DNA from: Thermoanaerobaculia bacterium
Lineage (GTDB): Bacteria > Acidobacteriota > Thermoanaerobaculia > UBA5066
Length of the DNA stretch: 64,000 bases
Reading direction: 5' to 3'
Assembly (NCBI GenBank): GCA_963719225.1
Contig: CAVRAY010000001.1
Location: 128,001-192,000 of the forward strand
Shown: in pieces, positions 11,019 to 21,637 of the stretch
Numbering within the stretch: the first letter of the stretch is position 1
Layout: the number at the start of each line of letters is the position of its first letter
Notes under the pieces: model-generated
The model's database searches: none
Told to the model about the DNA's origin: nothing
The model's input: only the letters and a program-made list of their open reading frames with translations
Position numbers and translations under genes: made by a program

Positions 11019-12250
11019 GACGCTTCTGTCTTCTCGTCGCTCTTCTTTCCGGAGGCGCGGTCCTCGCGCAGCCGGTGGCCCCGGCCGCTTCCCCGGCGCC
11101 CTCCCCGGCCTTCGCCGTCCTGCCGCCCGCGCCGGCGGCTTTCGTCACGGACGAAGCGGAGCTCTTCACGCCCGAGTCGCGCGATCGCATCGCGGCGCGG
11201 CTCGCGAAGGTCAAGGACTTCGCGTCGTTCGTGAAGATCTACGTGTACACGCTTCGGAGCGCGAATGGCATGCCCGTGACGGACGCGATGCAGGAGCTGT
11301 ATCGCCGCTGGAAGATGCGGGATCGCGAGATGTACGACGGCCTCGCGACGATCTTCCTCCTCGGCGAGGAGCGGCAGGCGCGCGTGATGCTGGGTCAGGG
11401 TGCGCCTCCCGGCCTCGAAGGGGCGATGCCGGGCATCGGCGGCGACCTTTCGGCAGTCCTCGCGCCAGGCGCTGCGCCGCCGGACGAAGCCGCGCTCCTC
11501 CGCGTCATCGGCCGGATCCAGGAGAGCCTCCGCGGCCCGACGACGTGGCTCGACTCGCCGCCGGTTCCGGAAGATCCAGGCGGGAGCGTCTACGGCAACC
11601 CGACGTTCGAGGAGGCGCAGCTGCGCGCGCTCGTCGAGGCCGTGGAGCGCGCGTCGAGGATCTCCCCGCATCCTGTCGTCCTCGTCTTCAACCCGGCTAA
11701 GGGCATGGACACTCCTCTCGAGCGCGCGAACAAGCTCGAGAAGGCGTGGCCGGGCCGGATCCTGCTGGCCGTCTTCACGCAGGAGGCGTCCGTCATCGTC
11801 GCGATCCCCGACGATGTGAAGGACAGGTTCACCGACGAGCAGAAGCGCCGCATCGGGTACGAGGTCGATCGCGCGATGACGCGCGGGACGCTCGTCCGCA
11901 CGCTCGCGCGCGTCACGGGCGAGATGGGCGCCATCGCCGCGGGACACGCGCCGACGCGCTGGGTCGAATGGAAGCATCCGTTCCAGGCGCTCGCGGGAGG
12001 GCAGGACGAAGCCCCTCTGCCACCTCCTCTCGCGCTCGGCATTGGAATCGCGGCTCTCTCCCTCGCGCTCTGGGTTTTCTATTCGCTCGTCACGAACCCG
12101 AAGATCGTCCTCACGGTCATCGCGATCGATCTCGTCGACGGGTTGATCGGAGGCGCCCTCGACGGCGTCGGCGCAGGAGGGGGCGGCGGGAGCGGGTTCT
12201 CGGGAGGCGGCGGGAGCTCCGGTGGCGGCGGCGCCACCGGAAGTTGGTAG
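11015..12250 (+). CDS. Membrane protein with TPM-like domains and a Gly-rich tail
   Basis: GTG start overlaps the iscS stop; signal peptide; FVTDEAELF; C-terminal FSGGGGSSGGGGATGSW. Confidence 0.8.
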   Translation: MRRFCLLVALLSGGAVLAQPVAPAASPAPSPAFAVLPPAPAAFVTDEAELFTPESRDRIAARLAKVKDFASFVKIYVYTLRSANGMPVTDAMQELYRRWKMRDREMYDGLATIFLLGEERQARVMLGQGAPPGLEGAMPGIGGDLSAVLAPGAAPPDEAALLRVIGRIQESLRGPTTWLDSPPVPEDPGGSVYGNPTFEEAQLRALVEAVERASRISPHPVVLVFNPAKGMDTPLERANKLEKAWPGRILLAVFTQEASVIVAIPDDVKDRFTDEQKRRIGYEVDRAMTRGTLVRTLARVTGEMGAIAAGHAPTRWVEWKHPFQALAGGQDEAPLPPPLALGIGIAALSLALWVFYSLVTNPKIVLTVIAIDLVDGLIGGALDGVGAGGGGGSGFSGGGGSSGGGGATGSW

Positions 12251-12259
12251 GAGGCGCGG

Positions 12260-12673
12260 GTGTTGCCGTTCAGCGCGCATCGAAGATTCCTGAAGCGGGT
12301 CGACGACGCGTCTCTCGAAGGGGCGATCCGCGAGGCCACCCGCGGCACCACGGGCACGATCCGCGTGGCGGTGCTGCCGCGGTTCCGGGGCTCGATCTTC
12401 AAAGTGGGCGCGCTCCTCGCAGAGCGCCTGAAGATGACCGCCCGCCCGGAGCGCAACGGCATCCTGATCGTCGTCGACCCCGCGCACCGGAGGTTCCTCG
12501 TCTGGGGCGACACGGCGGTCCACGAGCGGCTCGGGGCGGGCTTCTTCAAGCAGGCGGCGGACTCCATCTCCGAGCTCTTCCGGAAGGGCGACTTCACGGG
12601 CGGCCTCAGACACGGGATCGAGACGGTGGGCCGGGCGCTCGCCGAGAGCTTTCCCCGAAGGCCGGACGTCTAG
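12260..12673 (+). CDS. TPM domain protein
   Basis: Motifs AIREA..GTTGTIRV, ERNGILI, WGD..VH and FRKGDFTGGL. Confidence 0.8.
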   Translation: MLPFSAHRRFLKRVDDASLEGAIREATRGTTGTIRVAVLPRFRGSIFKVGALLAERLKMTARPERNGILIVVDPAHRRFLVWGDTAVHERLGAGFFKQAADSISELFRKGDFTGGLRHGIETVGRALAESFPRRPDV

Positions 12674-12688
12674 AATATCGCGGAGTCC

Positions 12689-13411
12689 GTGTCGAAACGC
12701 ACCGTCACCCTCGCGGCGGGAGTCGCGGCGCTCCTCGCACTTCTGGCCGCGAACACCGGGGGCCGGGCGCAGGCGCCGGCGGGGCGCGCCACCGGCGACG
12801 TGCGCGTGACGGTGATGGTTCTCGGGCCCGACCGCCGGCCGTCCCCCGCGCCGCAGGCGATCGTCTGGATCTCCGAGGGATTGAAGGCGAGCTCCGCGCC
12901 GTCGCCGCCCGTCCACCCGCGGATCGCATCCAAGAGCAAACGCTTCGAGCCGCGGATCACGGCGGTGCCCGCCGGCACGACGGTCGACTTCCCGAACCTG
13001 GACGGCATCTTCCACAACGTCTTCAGTCTTTCGCCGGCCGCGAAGTTCGATCTCGGCCTCTACCGCAACGGCGCGTCGCGCGCGATGACGTTCGACAATC
13101 CCGGGCTCGTCCGCGTCTATTGCAACATCCACCCGCAGATGGCCGCGTATCTCATGGTGATCGACGGAACGATCTGGGCGCAGACCGGCTCGGACGGAGT
13201 CGCCCTGCTCTCGAAAGTTCCGGCGGGGCGCGCCGCCGTCCGCGCGTGGGACGAGAGGGGGGGCGATTACCAGGGGAACGTCGACGTGACGCCGGGGAAG
13301 ACGGCTCCTCTCGCGATCGCGCTCGACGGATCGGGCTGGCGGGAGACGCCGCACACGAACAAGTACGGAAAGAAATATCCTCCCCCGGACGACGATGCGA
13401 ACCGGTACTGA
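12689..13411 (+). CDS. Secreted cupredoxin-like / carboxypeptidase-regulatory-like protein
   Basis: Signal peptide; FEP...VPAGTTVDFPNLDGIFHNVFS...FDLGLY...YCNIHPQM with His/Cys/His/Met ligand spacing. Confidence 0.75.
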   Translation: MSKRTVTLAAGVAALLALLAANTGGRAQAPAGRATGDVRVTVMVLGPDRRPSPAPQAIVWISEGLKASSAPSPPVHPRIASKSKRFEPRITAVPAGTTVDFPNLDGIFHNVFSLSPAAKFDLGLYRNGASRAMTFDNPGLVRVYCNIHPQMAAYLMVIDGTIWAQTGSDGVALLSKVPAGRAAVRAWDERGGDYQGNVDVTPGKTAPLAIALDGSGWRETPHTNKYGKKYPPPDDDANRY

Positions 13412-15560
13412 CCATTCGATCTCGGGAGAGGCGACGCGCGTCACGAGGACCGACGAGCTGAAGCCGCCTCCGTCCCCGACTCCCGTCGCGTCGCATCGCG
13501 CGCGGCGGGGACCGGGTCTCGCGACGAAATTCTCCGTTGCGGCCGCCCTCCTCGTCCTCCTCACACTCGGGGGAGCCGTCGCGGTGGGGACGTGGCGCGC
13601 GAACGAAGTCGCCGAGAAGAGCATCCGGGAAAGCCTGGCCGCGGTGCCGGGGATCTTCGGTGCCTACCAGGGGAGCAACGAAGACGCGCTGCGCCGGCAG
13701 GCGTCGAGCGTGGCGGAAGAATCTGGCACGAAGGGCCTCTTCGACGAGAAGGACGCGAAGACTCTCCATGTCTGGACTCACGACAAGGCCGAGATCCTCA
13801 GTGCGCGGACGGTTTTCCTCTTCGACGCGAATGGTGTCCTCCTCGACCGCAACGACCAGGCGATCACCGACGAGAACCGGCCGTCCTTCGCGAAGGTGAA
13901 GTGGGTGGCGGATGCGCTCCTCGGCGTCCCGGCGACGGCCGTCATCCGCGAAGGCAAGGTCCTGGCCGTCGTGGCGGCCGTCCCCGTCCTCGCCGGCGAC
14001 ATGTCGGTGGGCGAGGGGCGCCTCCGCGGCGTCCTCGCGGTCGCGGCGCCGCTCGACGAGAAACGCGCGAAGACGTTGCGTGGAATCACGAACGGCCAGA
14101 CCGGCTTCCTCGCGAACACGGCGAAACGAGGCGAGCCTCCGCATGTCGAGCTCTCATCCGCCACGGAGGGATTCCGCGGAGATCTCCTCGTCCCGGCGCT
14201 TGCCGCTGACAGCGCCGCCGTGGATTTGCTCTTTCGGCAGGGACAGGCGGTCGGTCCGCTCGAAGTCAAGGTGGCGGGAGACCGCCGCATCCTCGCGGCC
14301 GTGCCGCTCAAGAGCGCCACGGACGAAACGCTCGGAGCCTTCGTCGTCTCGCGCTCGCGCGACGAGGAGACGGCCGCGTTCCGTCGGATCCGCGACACGC
14401 TCCTCCTCGTGGGAGGACTGGCCCTCCTGCTCGCCCTCCCGATCTCCTTCGCCATGGGCCGGCGCATCGCGGGTCCCCTTACGCTGCTTGCGAAGGGCGC
14501 GGCCGAGATCCGCGAAGGGAATCTCGAAGTGAAGCTGCCGGAGGCGGGCGGCGACGAGGTCGGCGCGCTCGCCCGCGCGTTCCACGCCCTCGTCGGCGAG
14601 CTGAAGGAGAAGGCGGCGCTCGAGCAGATGCTGGCCGAAATGCGGCGGCCCGACACGAACGTGACGCGGGCGTCGACGCTCACGACGCAGGCGACGCCCG
14701 CCGCGCCCGACGCGGCCGCGCGCGCGTTCGCCGGGCCGCGCACGGGGACGGTCTTCGCGGGGCGCTACCAGATCCTCGGGACGCTCGGAAAAGGGGGCAT
14801 GGGGACGGTCTACCGCGCCCTCGATCGCGAGCTCGACGACGAGGTCGCCGTCAAGGTCCTTCTGCCCGAGGCCTTCGACGAGGGCAACACGATCGGCGTG
14901 ACGCTCAAGCAGGAGATCCGGCTCGCGCGCAAGATCACGCACCGCAACGTCGTGCGCACGCACGACCTCGGCGAGGCAGACGGCTTGAGATTCCTCACGA
15001 TGGAATACGTGCCGGGCACGACGCTACGCGACATCCTCGACCGGAAGGGCGCGATCGCTCTTTCGCCCGGCCTTCAGATCGCGAAGCAGCTCTGTCGAGG
15101 GCTTTCGGCGGTTCACGAGGCGGGCATCATCCACCGCGACATCAAGCCTCCGAACATCATGGTTCTTCCGAACGGCCTCGTGAAGCTCATGGACTTCGGC
15201 ATCGCGCGCACGGCCGAGGGGACCGATCCCGACGCGCAAGGCGACCGGACCGTCGGCACGCCGTACTACATGAGTCCCGAGCAGGCGGTCGGCCGCGGGC
15301 TCGACGTCAGGAGCGACATCTACTCGGTCGGCGTCGTCCTGTACGAGCTGTTCTCGGGGACGCGGCCCATCGAAGGCGCCAATCCGGGCGAGGTCATGCG
15401 CCGGCACGTGTCCTTCGAGCCGAAACCCGTGACGATGCTCCGGCCGGACCTGCCCGATCTGCTCGCGCGCGTCCTCATGGCATGCCTCGCGAAGAATCCG
15501 GCACAGCGCCCGCCCACGGCGAACGACCTCTACGGCGCGCTCCAGCGCGTCGCGGCCTGA
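13395..15560 (+). CDS. Membrane Ser/Thr protein kinase with an extracytoplasmic Cache-like sensor and HAMP domain
   Basis: Two TM helices; HAMP motif DEVGALARAF; kinase motifs LGKGGMGTVY, VAVK, HRDIKPPN, DFG and GTPYYMSPEQ. Confidence 0.9.
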   Translation: MRTGTDHSISGEATRVTRTDELKPPPSPTPVASHRARRGPGLATKFSVAAALLVLLTLGGAVAVGTWRANEVAEKSIRESLAAVPGIFGAYQGSNEDALRRQASSVAEESGTKGLFDEKDAKTLHVWTHDKAEILSARTVFLFDANGVLLDRNDQAITDENRPSFAKVKWVADALLGVPATAVIREGKVLAVVAAVPVLAGDMSVGEGRLRGVLAVAAPLDEKRAKTLRGITNGQTGFLANTAKRGEPPHVELSSATEGFRGDLLVPALAADSAAVDLLFRQGQAVGPLEVKVAGDRRILAAVPLKSATDETLGAFVVSRSRDEETAAFRRIRDTLLLVGGLALLLALPISFAMGRRIAGPLTLLAKGAAEIREGNLEVKLPEAGGDEVGALARAFHALVGELKEKAALEQMLAEMRRPDTNVTRASTLTTQATPAAPDAAARAFAGPRTGTVFAGRYQILGTLGKGGMGTVYRALDRELDDEVAVKVLLPEAFDEGNTIGVTLKQEIRLARKITHRNVVRTHDLGEADGLRFLTMEYVPGTTLRDILDRKGAIALSPGLQIAKQLCRGLSAVHEAGIIHRDIKPPNIMVLPNGLVKLMDFGIARTAEGTDPDAQGDRTVGTPYYMSPEQAVGRGLDVRSDIYSVGVVLYELFSGTRPIEGANPGEVMRRHVSFEPKPVTMLRPDLPDLLARVLMACLAKNPAQRPPTANDLYGALQRVAA

Positions 15561-15568
15561 GGGGAAGC

Positions 15569-16333
15569 GTGGCCAGGCGCGTTCTCAAGGACCGCCTCCT
15601 CTCGGGTGAGGTCGTGCATGGCCTCCTGTCCCCGAACGTCGAGCCGGATCTCGTCGAGACGGTCGGGCTCCTCGGCTTCGACCTCTACATCCTCGACACG
15701 GAGCACGGCACGGCGAGCCCTATCGAAGCCGCGGCGGTCGTGCGGGCGTGCGAAGGAGCTGGCCTCGCGCCTCTCGTGAGACCGCGCGGGCTCGACGCGA
15801 AGTTGATCCTGCAGTTCCTCGATGCGGGAATGACCGGGATCATGCTGCCGGGGGTCCGGGGCCCCGACGAGATCCTGCGGCTCGTGGAGGCGGCGAAATA
15901 CGCGCCGGACGGCCTTCGCGGGCTCGCGGCCATGCGCGCGAACGGGTTTCTGCTCGGCGCCGAGAGCCAGGAAGCCTGGGTGGCGCGCGCGAACCGCGAG
16001 ACGCTCGTGCTGCCCCAGATCGAAACGCGTGAGGCGCTGGAGCGAGTGGAGGACCTCGCGGCCGTGCCGGGCATCGACGGCTTCATCGTGGGCCCGCGCG
16101 ACCTGGCGCTCGCGCTCGGCTTCCGGGACGGGCCGTCTCATCCCGAGATCGAGGCCGCGATCGATCGCGTCGTGGCCGTCGCGAAAAAGCGCGGCCTCGT
16201 CGTCGGCACGGTCGCGCCGACGGGCGCGCGCGCGAAGGACCTCGCGGCGCGGGGCGTCTCGATCCTCCTCCACTCCGTGACCGCGCTCCTGAAATCCGGA
16301 GCCGAGGCCTATTTCCGCGCGGCGCGGGGCTGA
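15569..16333 (+). CDS. HpcH/HpaI aldolase family protein
   Basis: Motifs GFD..ILDTEHG, LDAG..GIMLP, QIET and VGPRDL; start placed at GTG 15569. Confidence 0.85.
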   Translation: MARRVLKDRLLSGEVVHGLLSPNVEPDLVETVGLLGFDLYILDTEHGTASPIEAAAVVRACEGAGLAPLVRPRGLDAKLILQFLDAGMTGIMLPGVRGPDEILRLVEAAKYAPDGLRGLAAMRANGFLLGAESQEAWVARANRETLVLPQIETREALERVEDLAAVPGIDGFIVGPRDLALALGFRDGPSHPEIEAAIDRVVAVAKKRGLVVGTVAPTGARAKDLAARGVSILLHSVTALLKSGAEAYFRAARG

Positions 16334-17953
16334 TCATCGGCCCTCTCCACTGGCGGAGGGACCGACAAAGTGTCGGCGGGCGCCCCCGAACCAGCGCACC
16401 AGGAGGAGCGCGGCGAAGAGAAGCATCGTCCAGAGGACGAGCTCGTTCGGCGGCAGGCTGAAGACGACGGCGATGACGGCGATCCAGGCGAGGGCCACGG
16501 CGTTCAGGAGAGGACCGAAGCGGCCGAGGCTCCACGGCGCGGTTTCCTTCGTCGTGAACTCCCCGCGGCGGCGGAGGCGGTTTCGGACGTTGAGGAAGAT
16601 CGGCAGACCGTACGCGAGATACAAGGCGATCGTGCTGATCGACGTCACGACCGAGAACGCCGCCGCGTAAAGACAGATCGCGACGGCCAGCGCGCTCGTG
16701 ACGAGGATCGCGGGGACGGGAGTCTTCAGGCGGTGGTGTACCCGCCGGAGGAGACCGGAGCCCGGCATGCCGCCGTCGCGCGCGAACGCGTACCACATGC
16801 GCGCCATCGACGTGATCGAGGAAAGGCCGCAGAGCCACATCGCGCCCCCGATGACGACGGCGACGAGATTCGCGAGCGGACGCGGCAGGTTGTGATCCAC
16901 GATGAAGAGGACGGGGGTGGGGTCGGCCGCCGTCGTCGCGACGTCGCCGCCCGGGATGCACCAGGTCAACGCGAGAAGCAGGACGTAGCCGACGACCGCC
17001 GACACCGCGACCGAGAGAAAGACGCCCCAGGCCGAGTTGAGCCGCGCGAGGACGGTTTCCTCGGCCACGTGAGCCGAGGCGTCGTAGCCGGTGTACGTCC
17101 ACTGCGCCTGGAGGAGGCCGAGGACGAACGCGAGGGCGAGCGGCGCCGCGGCGTAGAGATCCGCGAGAGAAGGGAAGAGCGCGAAAAGGGGAGACGGCAA
17201 AGCGTGGTCTCCGACGACGAGCGCGGGAGCGACGCGTCCCCCGCCGACGTCGGTGGACGACAGCGCGAGCGGAGACGACGCCGGCTTGAACTCGAAAAGG
17301 AAGGCCGCCGGGTTGTGCGTCCCGAGAAAAACCAGGAGGCCGACGATGACGGCTCCTCCCGCGATGTGCCACCACACGCTGAAATCGTTGAGGCGCGCGG
17401 TCAGCCTGATGCCGAAGACGTTGATCAGGACCTGCGGCACCATGATCAGGACCATCACGAAGATCTGGAAGCCCCAGCCGGTGATGGCTCCGAAGAAAGG
17501 CAACTTGGTATCGGCGGGGAGGCCGAGGAGACGCGCGGCCGTCCCGATGAGGTAGATCGCCGCCGCGATGTCGATGCCCGCCGTGATCGTGACCTGCCCG
17601 ACCATGTTCAGCCAAGCGGTGGTCCACGCCCAGCCGCGTCCGCCGAGGCGGAAAGCCCAGAAGTAGAGGCCGCCCGCGGTGGGATACGCCGAGGCGAGCT
17701 CGGCCATGCTCGCGGCCACGGCGAGGGTGAAGAGGCTGACGATGGGCCAGCCGACGGTGTTGATCACGGGACCCGCGAGCTTCAGGCCGTAACCGTAGAG
17801 GAGGACGGCCCCCGTCAAGACCGAGATGATCGAGAAGCTGATCGCGAAGTTCGAAAAGCCGCCCATCTCGCGGAGGAGCTGCTGCGTGTAGCCGAGCCGG
17901 CGCAGCTCCTCCTCGTCGCGCCGGATCTGCTCCTCGCGCGTCGCGGTCGCCAT
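16334..17953 (-). CDS. APC-family amino acid/polyamine permease
   Basis: Motifs LGYTQQL.R.MGGFSNFAISFS, AELASAYPTAGGLY, TGYDASAHVAEET and AFARDG. Confidence 0.92.
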   Translation of the reverse strand: MATATREEQIRRDEEELRRLGYTQQLLREMGGFSNFAISFSIISVLTGAVLLYGYGLKLAGPVINTVGWPIVSLFTLAVAASMAELASAYPTAGGLYFWAFRLGGRGWAWTTAWLNMVGQVTITAGIDIAAAIYLIGTAARLLGLPADTKLPFFGAITGWGFQIFVMVLIMVPQVLINVFGIRLTARLNDFSVWWHIAGGAVIVGLLVFLGTHNPAAFLFEFKPASSPLALSSTDVGGGRVAPALVVGDHALPSPLFALFPSLADLYAAAPLALAFVLGLLQAQWTYTGYDASAHVAEETVLARLNSAWGVFLSVAVSAVVGYVLLLALTWCIPGGDVATTAADPTPVLFIVDHNLPRPLANLVAVVIGGAMWLCGLSSITSMARMWYAFARDGGMPGSGLLRRVHHRLKTPVPAILVTSALAVAICLYAAAFSVVTSISTIALYLAYGLPIFLNVRNRLRRRGEFTTKETAPWSLGRFGPLLNAVALAWIAVIAVVFSLPPNELVLWTMLLFAALLLVRWFGGARRHFVGPSASGEGR

Positions 17954-17960
17954 AGCCCGG

Positions 17961-18740
17961 CTATTCGGGGGTCACGTACGCGGCCGTGATACCGCCGTCC
18001 ACGGTGAACGTCGCGCCGTTGACGTACGAGGACTCGTCCGAGGCGAGGAAGAGGGCGGCCTGAGCGATCTCCTTCGCCTGGGCGAGGCGGCCGGGCGGAA
18101 TGTGGACGAGCCGCCTTTGCCGCCTCACCGGGTCGGAGAGGAGCTCCTTCAGCAGCGGCGTGTCCACCGGCCCAGGACAAAGCGCGTTCGCGCGGATGTG
18201 CTTGCGCGCGAACTCCACGGCGATCTCGCGCGTCATGGAAAGCACCCCGCCCTTGCTCGCGGTGTAGGCGATCTGCGGGGTGGCCGCGCCCATCAACGCG
18301 ACGAACGACGCCGTGTTGATGATGCTGCCGCCGCCGGCGCGCAACATCGCGGGGATCGCGTACTTGCACCCGAGAAAAACGCCCTTGAGGTTCACGCGCA
18401 TGACGAGATCCCAGGTCTCCTCGTCCGTGTCCACGACCGAGTTGTCCTTCGCGGGAAAGATCCCCGCGTTGTTGAAGATGACGTCGAGCCGGCCGTACGT
18501 CTTCTCGGCGGCCGCCACCATCGCCTCCGCGTCGCCGGCGGCGGACACGTTCGCATGTACGAAGAGCGCCAGACCGCCCTCGGCGCGGATCTCCTCCACG
18601 GTCTTGCGCCCGGCGTCGTCGCTCACCTCCGCGACCACGACCTTCGCGCCTTCGCGCGCGAAGAGGAGCGCCGCCTCCTTCCCGATGCCGCTCCCGGCTC
18701 CCGTGATCAGCGTGACCTTCTCGTTCAGCCGGAGACTCAT
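17961..18740 (-). CDS. Short-chain dehydrogenase/reductase
   Basis: Motifs TGAGSGIG, NNAG and YTASK. Confidence 0.93.
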   Translation of the reverse strand: MSLRLNEKVTLITGAGSGIGKEAALLFAREGAKVVVAEVSDDAGRKTVEEIRAEGGLALFVHANVSAAGDAEAMVAAAEKTYGRLDVIFNNAGIFPAKDNSVVDTDEETWDLVMRVNLKGVFLGCKYAIPAMLRAGGGSIINTASFVALMGAATPQIAYTASKGGVLSMTREIAVEFARKHIRANALCPGPVDTPLLKELLSDPVRRQRRLVHIPPGRLAQAKEIAQAALFLASDESSYVNGATFTVDGGITAAYVTPE

Positions 18741-18741
18741 G

Positions 18742-20116
18742 TCACCCTCTTTCGAAAAAGCGCGCCCGCTCCCAGCTCGTCACGATCTCGTCGAACTTGC
18801 GCTGCTCGGTCTTCAGGAAATGGAGATAGTGCTGGACGACGTCCTCGCCGAATGCCTCCTTCGCCATCGTGCTCTTCTCGAGACGGGCGATGGCGTCGCG
18901 CAGGTTTCCGGGCACGCGGGGCAGGGCCTTCGCGGCATAGACGTCGCCCTCGAAGATGGGCGGCGGCTCGAGCTTCTTCTCGATGCCGTCGAGGCCGGCC
19001 GCGAGCGTTGCGGCCCAGGCGACGTACGGGTTCGCGTCGGCTCCGGGAATGCGGCACTCGATGCGAAGGGCATCATCCTGTCCGACGACGCGAAAGCCGG
19101 CCGTCCGGTTGTCGAAGCTCCAGGCGATCGCCGTCGGCGCGAAGGACGCGCTCTGGAATCGCTTGTAGGAGTTGACGGACGGCGCCCAGAACGCCGCGAG
19201 CTCGCCCGCCGACGCGAGGATTCCGCCGAGGAAGTGGCGGAACGTCTCGCTCGAGGAAATCGGTCCGAGCTTTTCGATCTCCGGCGAAGAGCGCTCTTCG
19301 CGCCGGCGTCCCAGAGCGAGATGTGCTGGTGAAGGCCGCTCCCCGCGAACCGCTCGTCCCATTTCGCCATGAACGTCACGGCGAGCCCCTGGGCGTGCGC
19401 GATCTCCTTCGCGGCGTGCTTGATCAGGACGTTGCGGTCGGCCTGCTCGAGGACCTCGCAGTACTCGACGTTGATCTCCTGCTGCCCCGGGCCCCACTCG
19501 CCCTTGCTTCCTTCCATGGGAATCCCGCTCTTCTCGAGCGCGCGCACGACCTCGCCGACGACGAGATCCTCCTTCGTGCCCTGGAGCACGTGGTAATCCT
19601 CGACATAGCTCGCCGAACGGGACGAGGCCGTGCCAGTTCTTCTCCCTTGCGGAGTCGTACGTCTCCCTGAAGAGATAGAGCTCGAGCTCCGCCCCGCCTT
19701 TCGCCACGAAGCCCATGCTGGCCGCTCGCTCGACCTGCCGGCGCAGGATCCGGCGCGGGGCGACCTCGATGGGCTCGCCGCCGGGCTCGGAGACGAGATC
19801 GCAGAGGACGAGCGCGGTCTTGTCGAGCCAGGCCGCGCGGCGAAGCGTCGACCAGTCCGGGACGCCGCGGATGTCGCCGTAGCCCGTCTCCCAGCTGGTG
19901 AACGCGTAACCCGGGACCGGGTCCATCTCCATGTCGCATCCGAGGAGGTAGTCGCAGGCGTGCCATCCGTGGGCGGCGACGCTCTTCTCGAAGAAGCGCG
20001 CGGTCAGCCGCTTCCCCATGAGACGGCCGTACCAGTCGGGAAAGACGGCGAGCACCGTCTCGATCTCTCCCTGGATCAACCAGGTGAATGAGCTCTTCGC
20101 GCGTCAGACGTCCCAT
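18742..20116 (-). pseudogene. Glutamine synthetase-like (gamma-glutamyl-amine ligase), frameshifted in this sequence
   Basis: GS motifs are split across frames: FPD.YGRLMGKR, GYGD, EWGPGQQEIN, TFMAK, GSGLHQH.SLW, NSYKR, DNRT and ECRIPGADANPY. At least 3 frame changes; these may be assembly errors. Confidence 0.8.
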
Positions 20117-21593
20117 GCGCTCATTCCTCGCTGAAGAAGACGCGTCTTCGTCTCGGTGTAGTGCTCGAGGGCCGCCATGCCGAGCTCGCGCCCGAGGCCG
20201 CTCTGCTTCACGCCTCCGAACGGCGCCTCGAGGAAGACGCTGCGGCTGCTGTTGACGGAAAGGACGCCGGTCTCGACGGCGCGGGCGACGCGCAGGGCCC
20301 GGCCGAGGTCGCGCGTGAAGAGCGAGCCGGAAAGGCCGTAAGGCGAGCGTTCGCGAGGCGGACGGCCTCCGTCTTCGTCCTCGAAAGGGATCACGCAGAC
20401 GACGGGGCCGAAGATCTCCTCCCGGGCCACGCGCATGTCGTTCTTCACGTCGGCGAAGACGAGCCGGAGTGAGGTAGCTGCCCCGGCGCGAGAGCGGGAT
20501 CCTGGGAACTTCGCCCCCGCACAGACGCTTCGCGCCCTCGCGCTCGCCGATCGAAACGTAGCCGCGCACCTTTTCACGCTGTGCGGGCGTGACGAGCGGG
20601 CCCATCTCGGTTCGCGCCTCGAGCGGGTTTCCGACCCGGATCGCGCGCGTCTTCTCCGCGAGGTCGGCGACGACACGGTCGTAGATTTTCCGCTGGACGA
20701 GGAAGCGCGAGCGCGCGCAACAGTCCTGGCCGGCGTTGTCGAAAGCGCTCCAGAGGGCGGATCCGAGGCAACCGTCGAGGTCGGCGTCCTCGAAGATGAG
20801 GCACGCGGACTTTCCGCCCAGCTCGAGAGAGACGCGTTTGATGCCGTCGGCGGCGAGGCGCATGACGCTCTCGTCCCGCCTCGGTCGAGCCCGTGAAGGA
20901 GACTTTCCTCACGAGGGGATGCGACACGAGAGCCGCGCCGACGGTCTCGCCGGGCCCGGGCAGGACGCTGGAGCGCTCCGGGAGGCACCCCCGCTTCCAG
21001 CGCGAGCTCGCCGAGCCGGAGCGCGGAAAGAGGCGTGTCGCTCGCGGGCTTGAGCAGGACCGTATTGCCCATCGCGAGCGCGGGCGCGATCTTCCACGTC
21101 GCGATCGCGAACGGGAAGTTCCACGGCACGATCAGGGCGCAGACGCCGAGCGGCTCGCGAAAGGTCAGGCTCGTGCCGGCGGCGGAGACGGGGAGGGTCT
21201 GGCCCGCGAACTTCGTCGCGGCGCCCGCGTAATACTCGAAGCAATCGGCGCCGAGCAGGATCTCGCCGCGCGCCGAAGCCAGCGGCTTGCCGACGTTGCG
21301 GCTTTCAAGGAGGGCGAGCGCGTCCGCGTGTTCGCGCGCACGAGCGCCGCGAGGCGGAACAGGGCGGCTGCGCGATCCTTCGGGGTCCGGCGGCGCCAGT
21401 CGCTCCGGAACGTCGCGTCCGCGAGCCGCGCGGCGCGGTCGACGTCCTCGGGCGCGGCCTCGGCGACGGAAGCGATCTCCTCGCCGGTCGCGGGATCGTG
21501 CACGAGCCGCCGTGCTCCCGCCGCGCCCTCGGTCCTCTCCCCGTCGAGGCAAAGGCCGGCAAACGGTGGGCCGGGGGGAGCGGCGGCCGCCAT
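20104..21593 (-). pseudogene. NAD-dependent aldehyde dehydrogenase, frameshifted in this sequence
   Basis: PWNFP, KPAS.TP, FTGST, LELGGK, NAGQDC, EEIFGPV and PFGGVKQSGLGRE are spread over several frames. Confidence 0.8.
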
Positions 21594-21637
21594 CCCGCGG
21601 AGCTTACCGCCGGACGGCTAAGTGGCGGTTCATCCAG

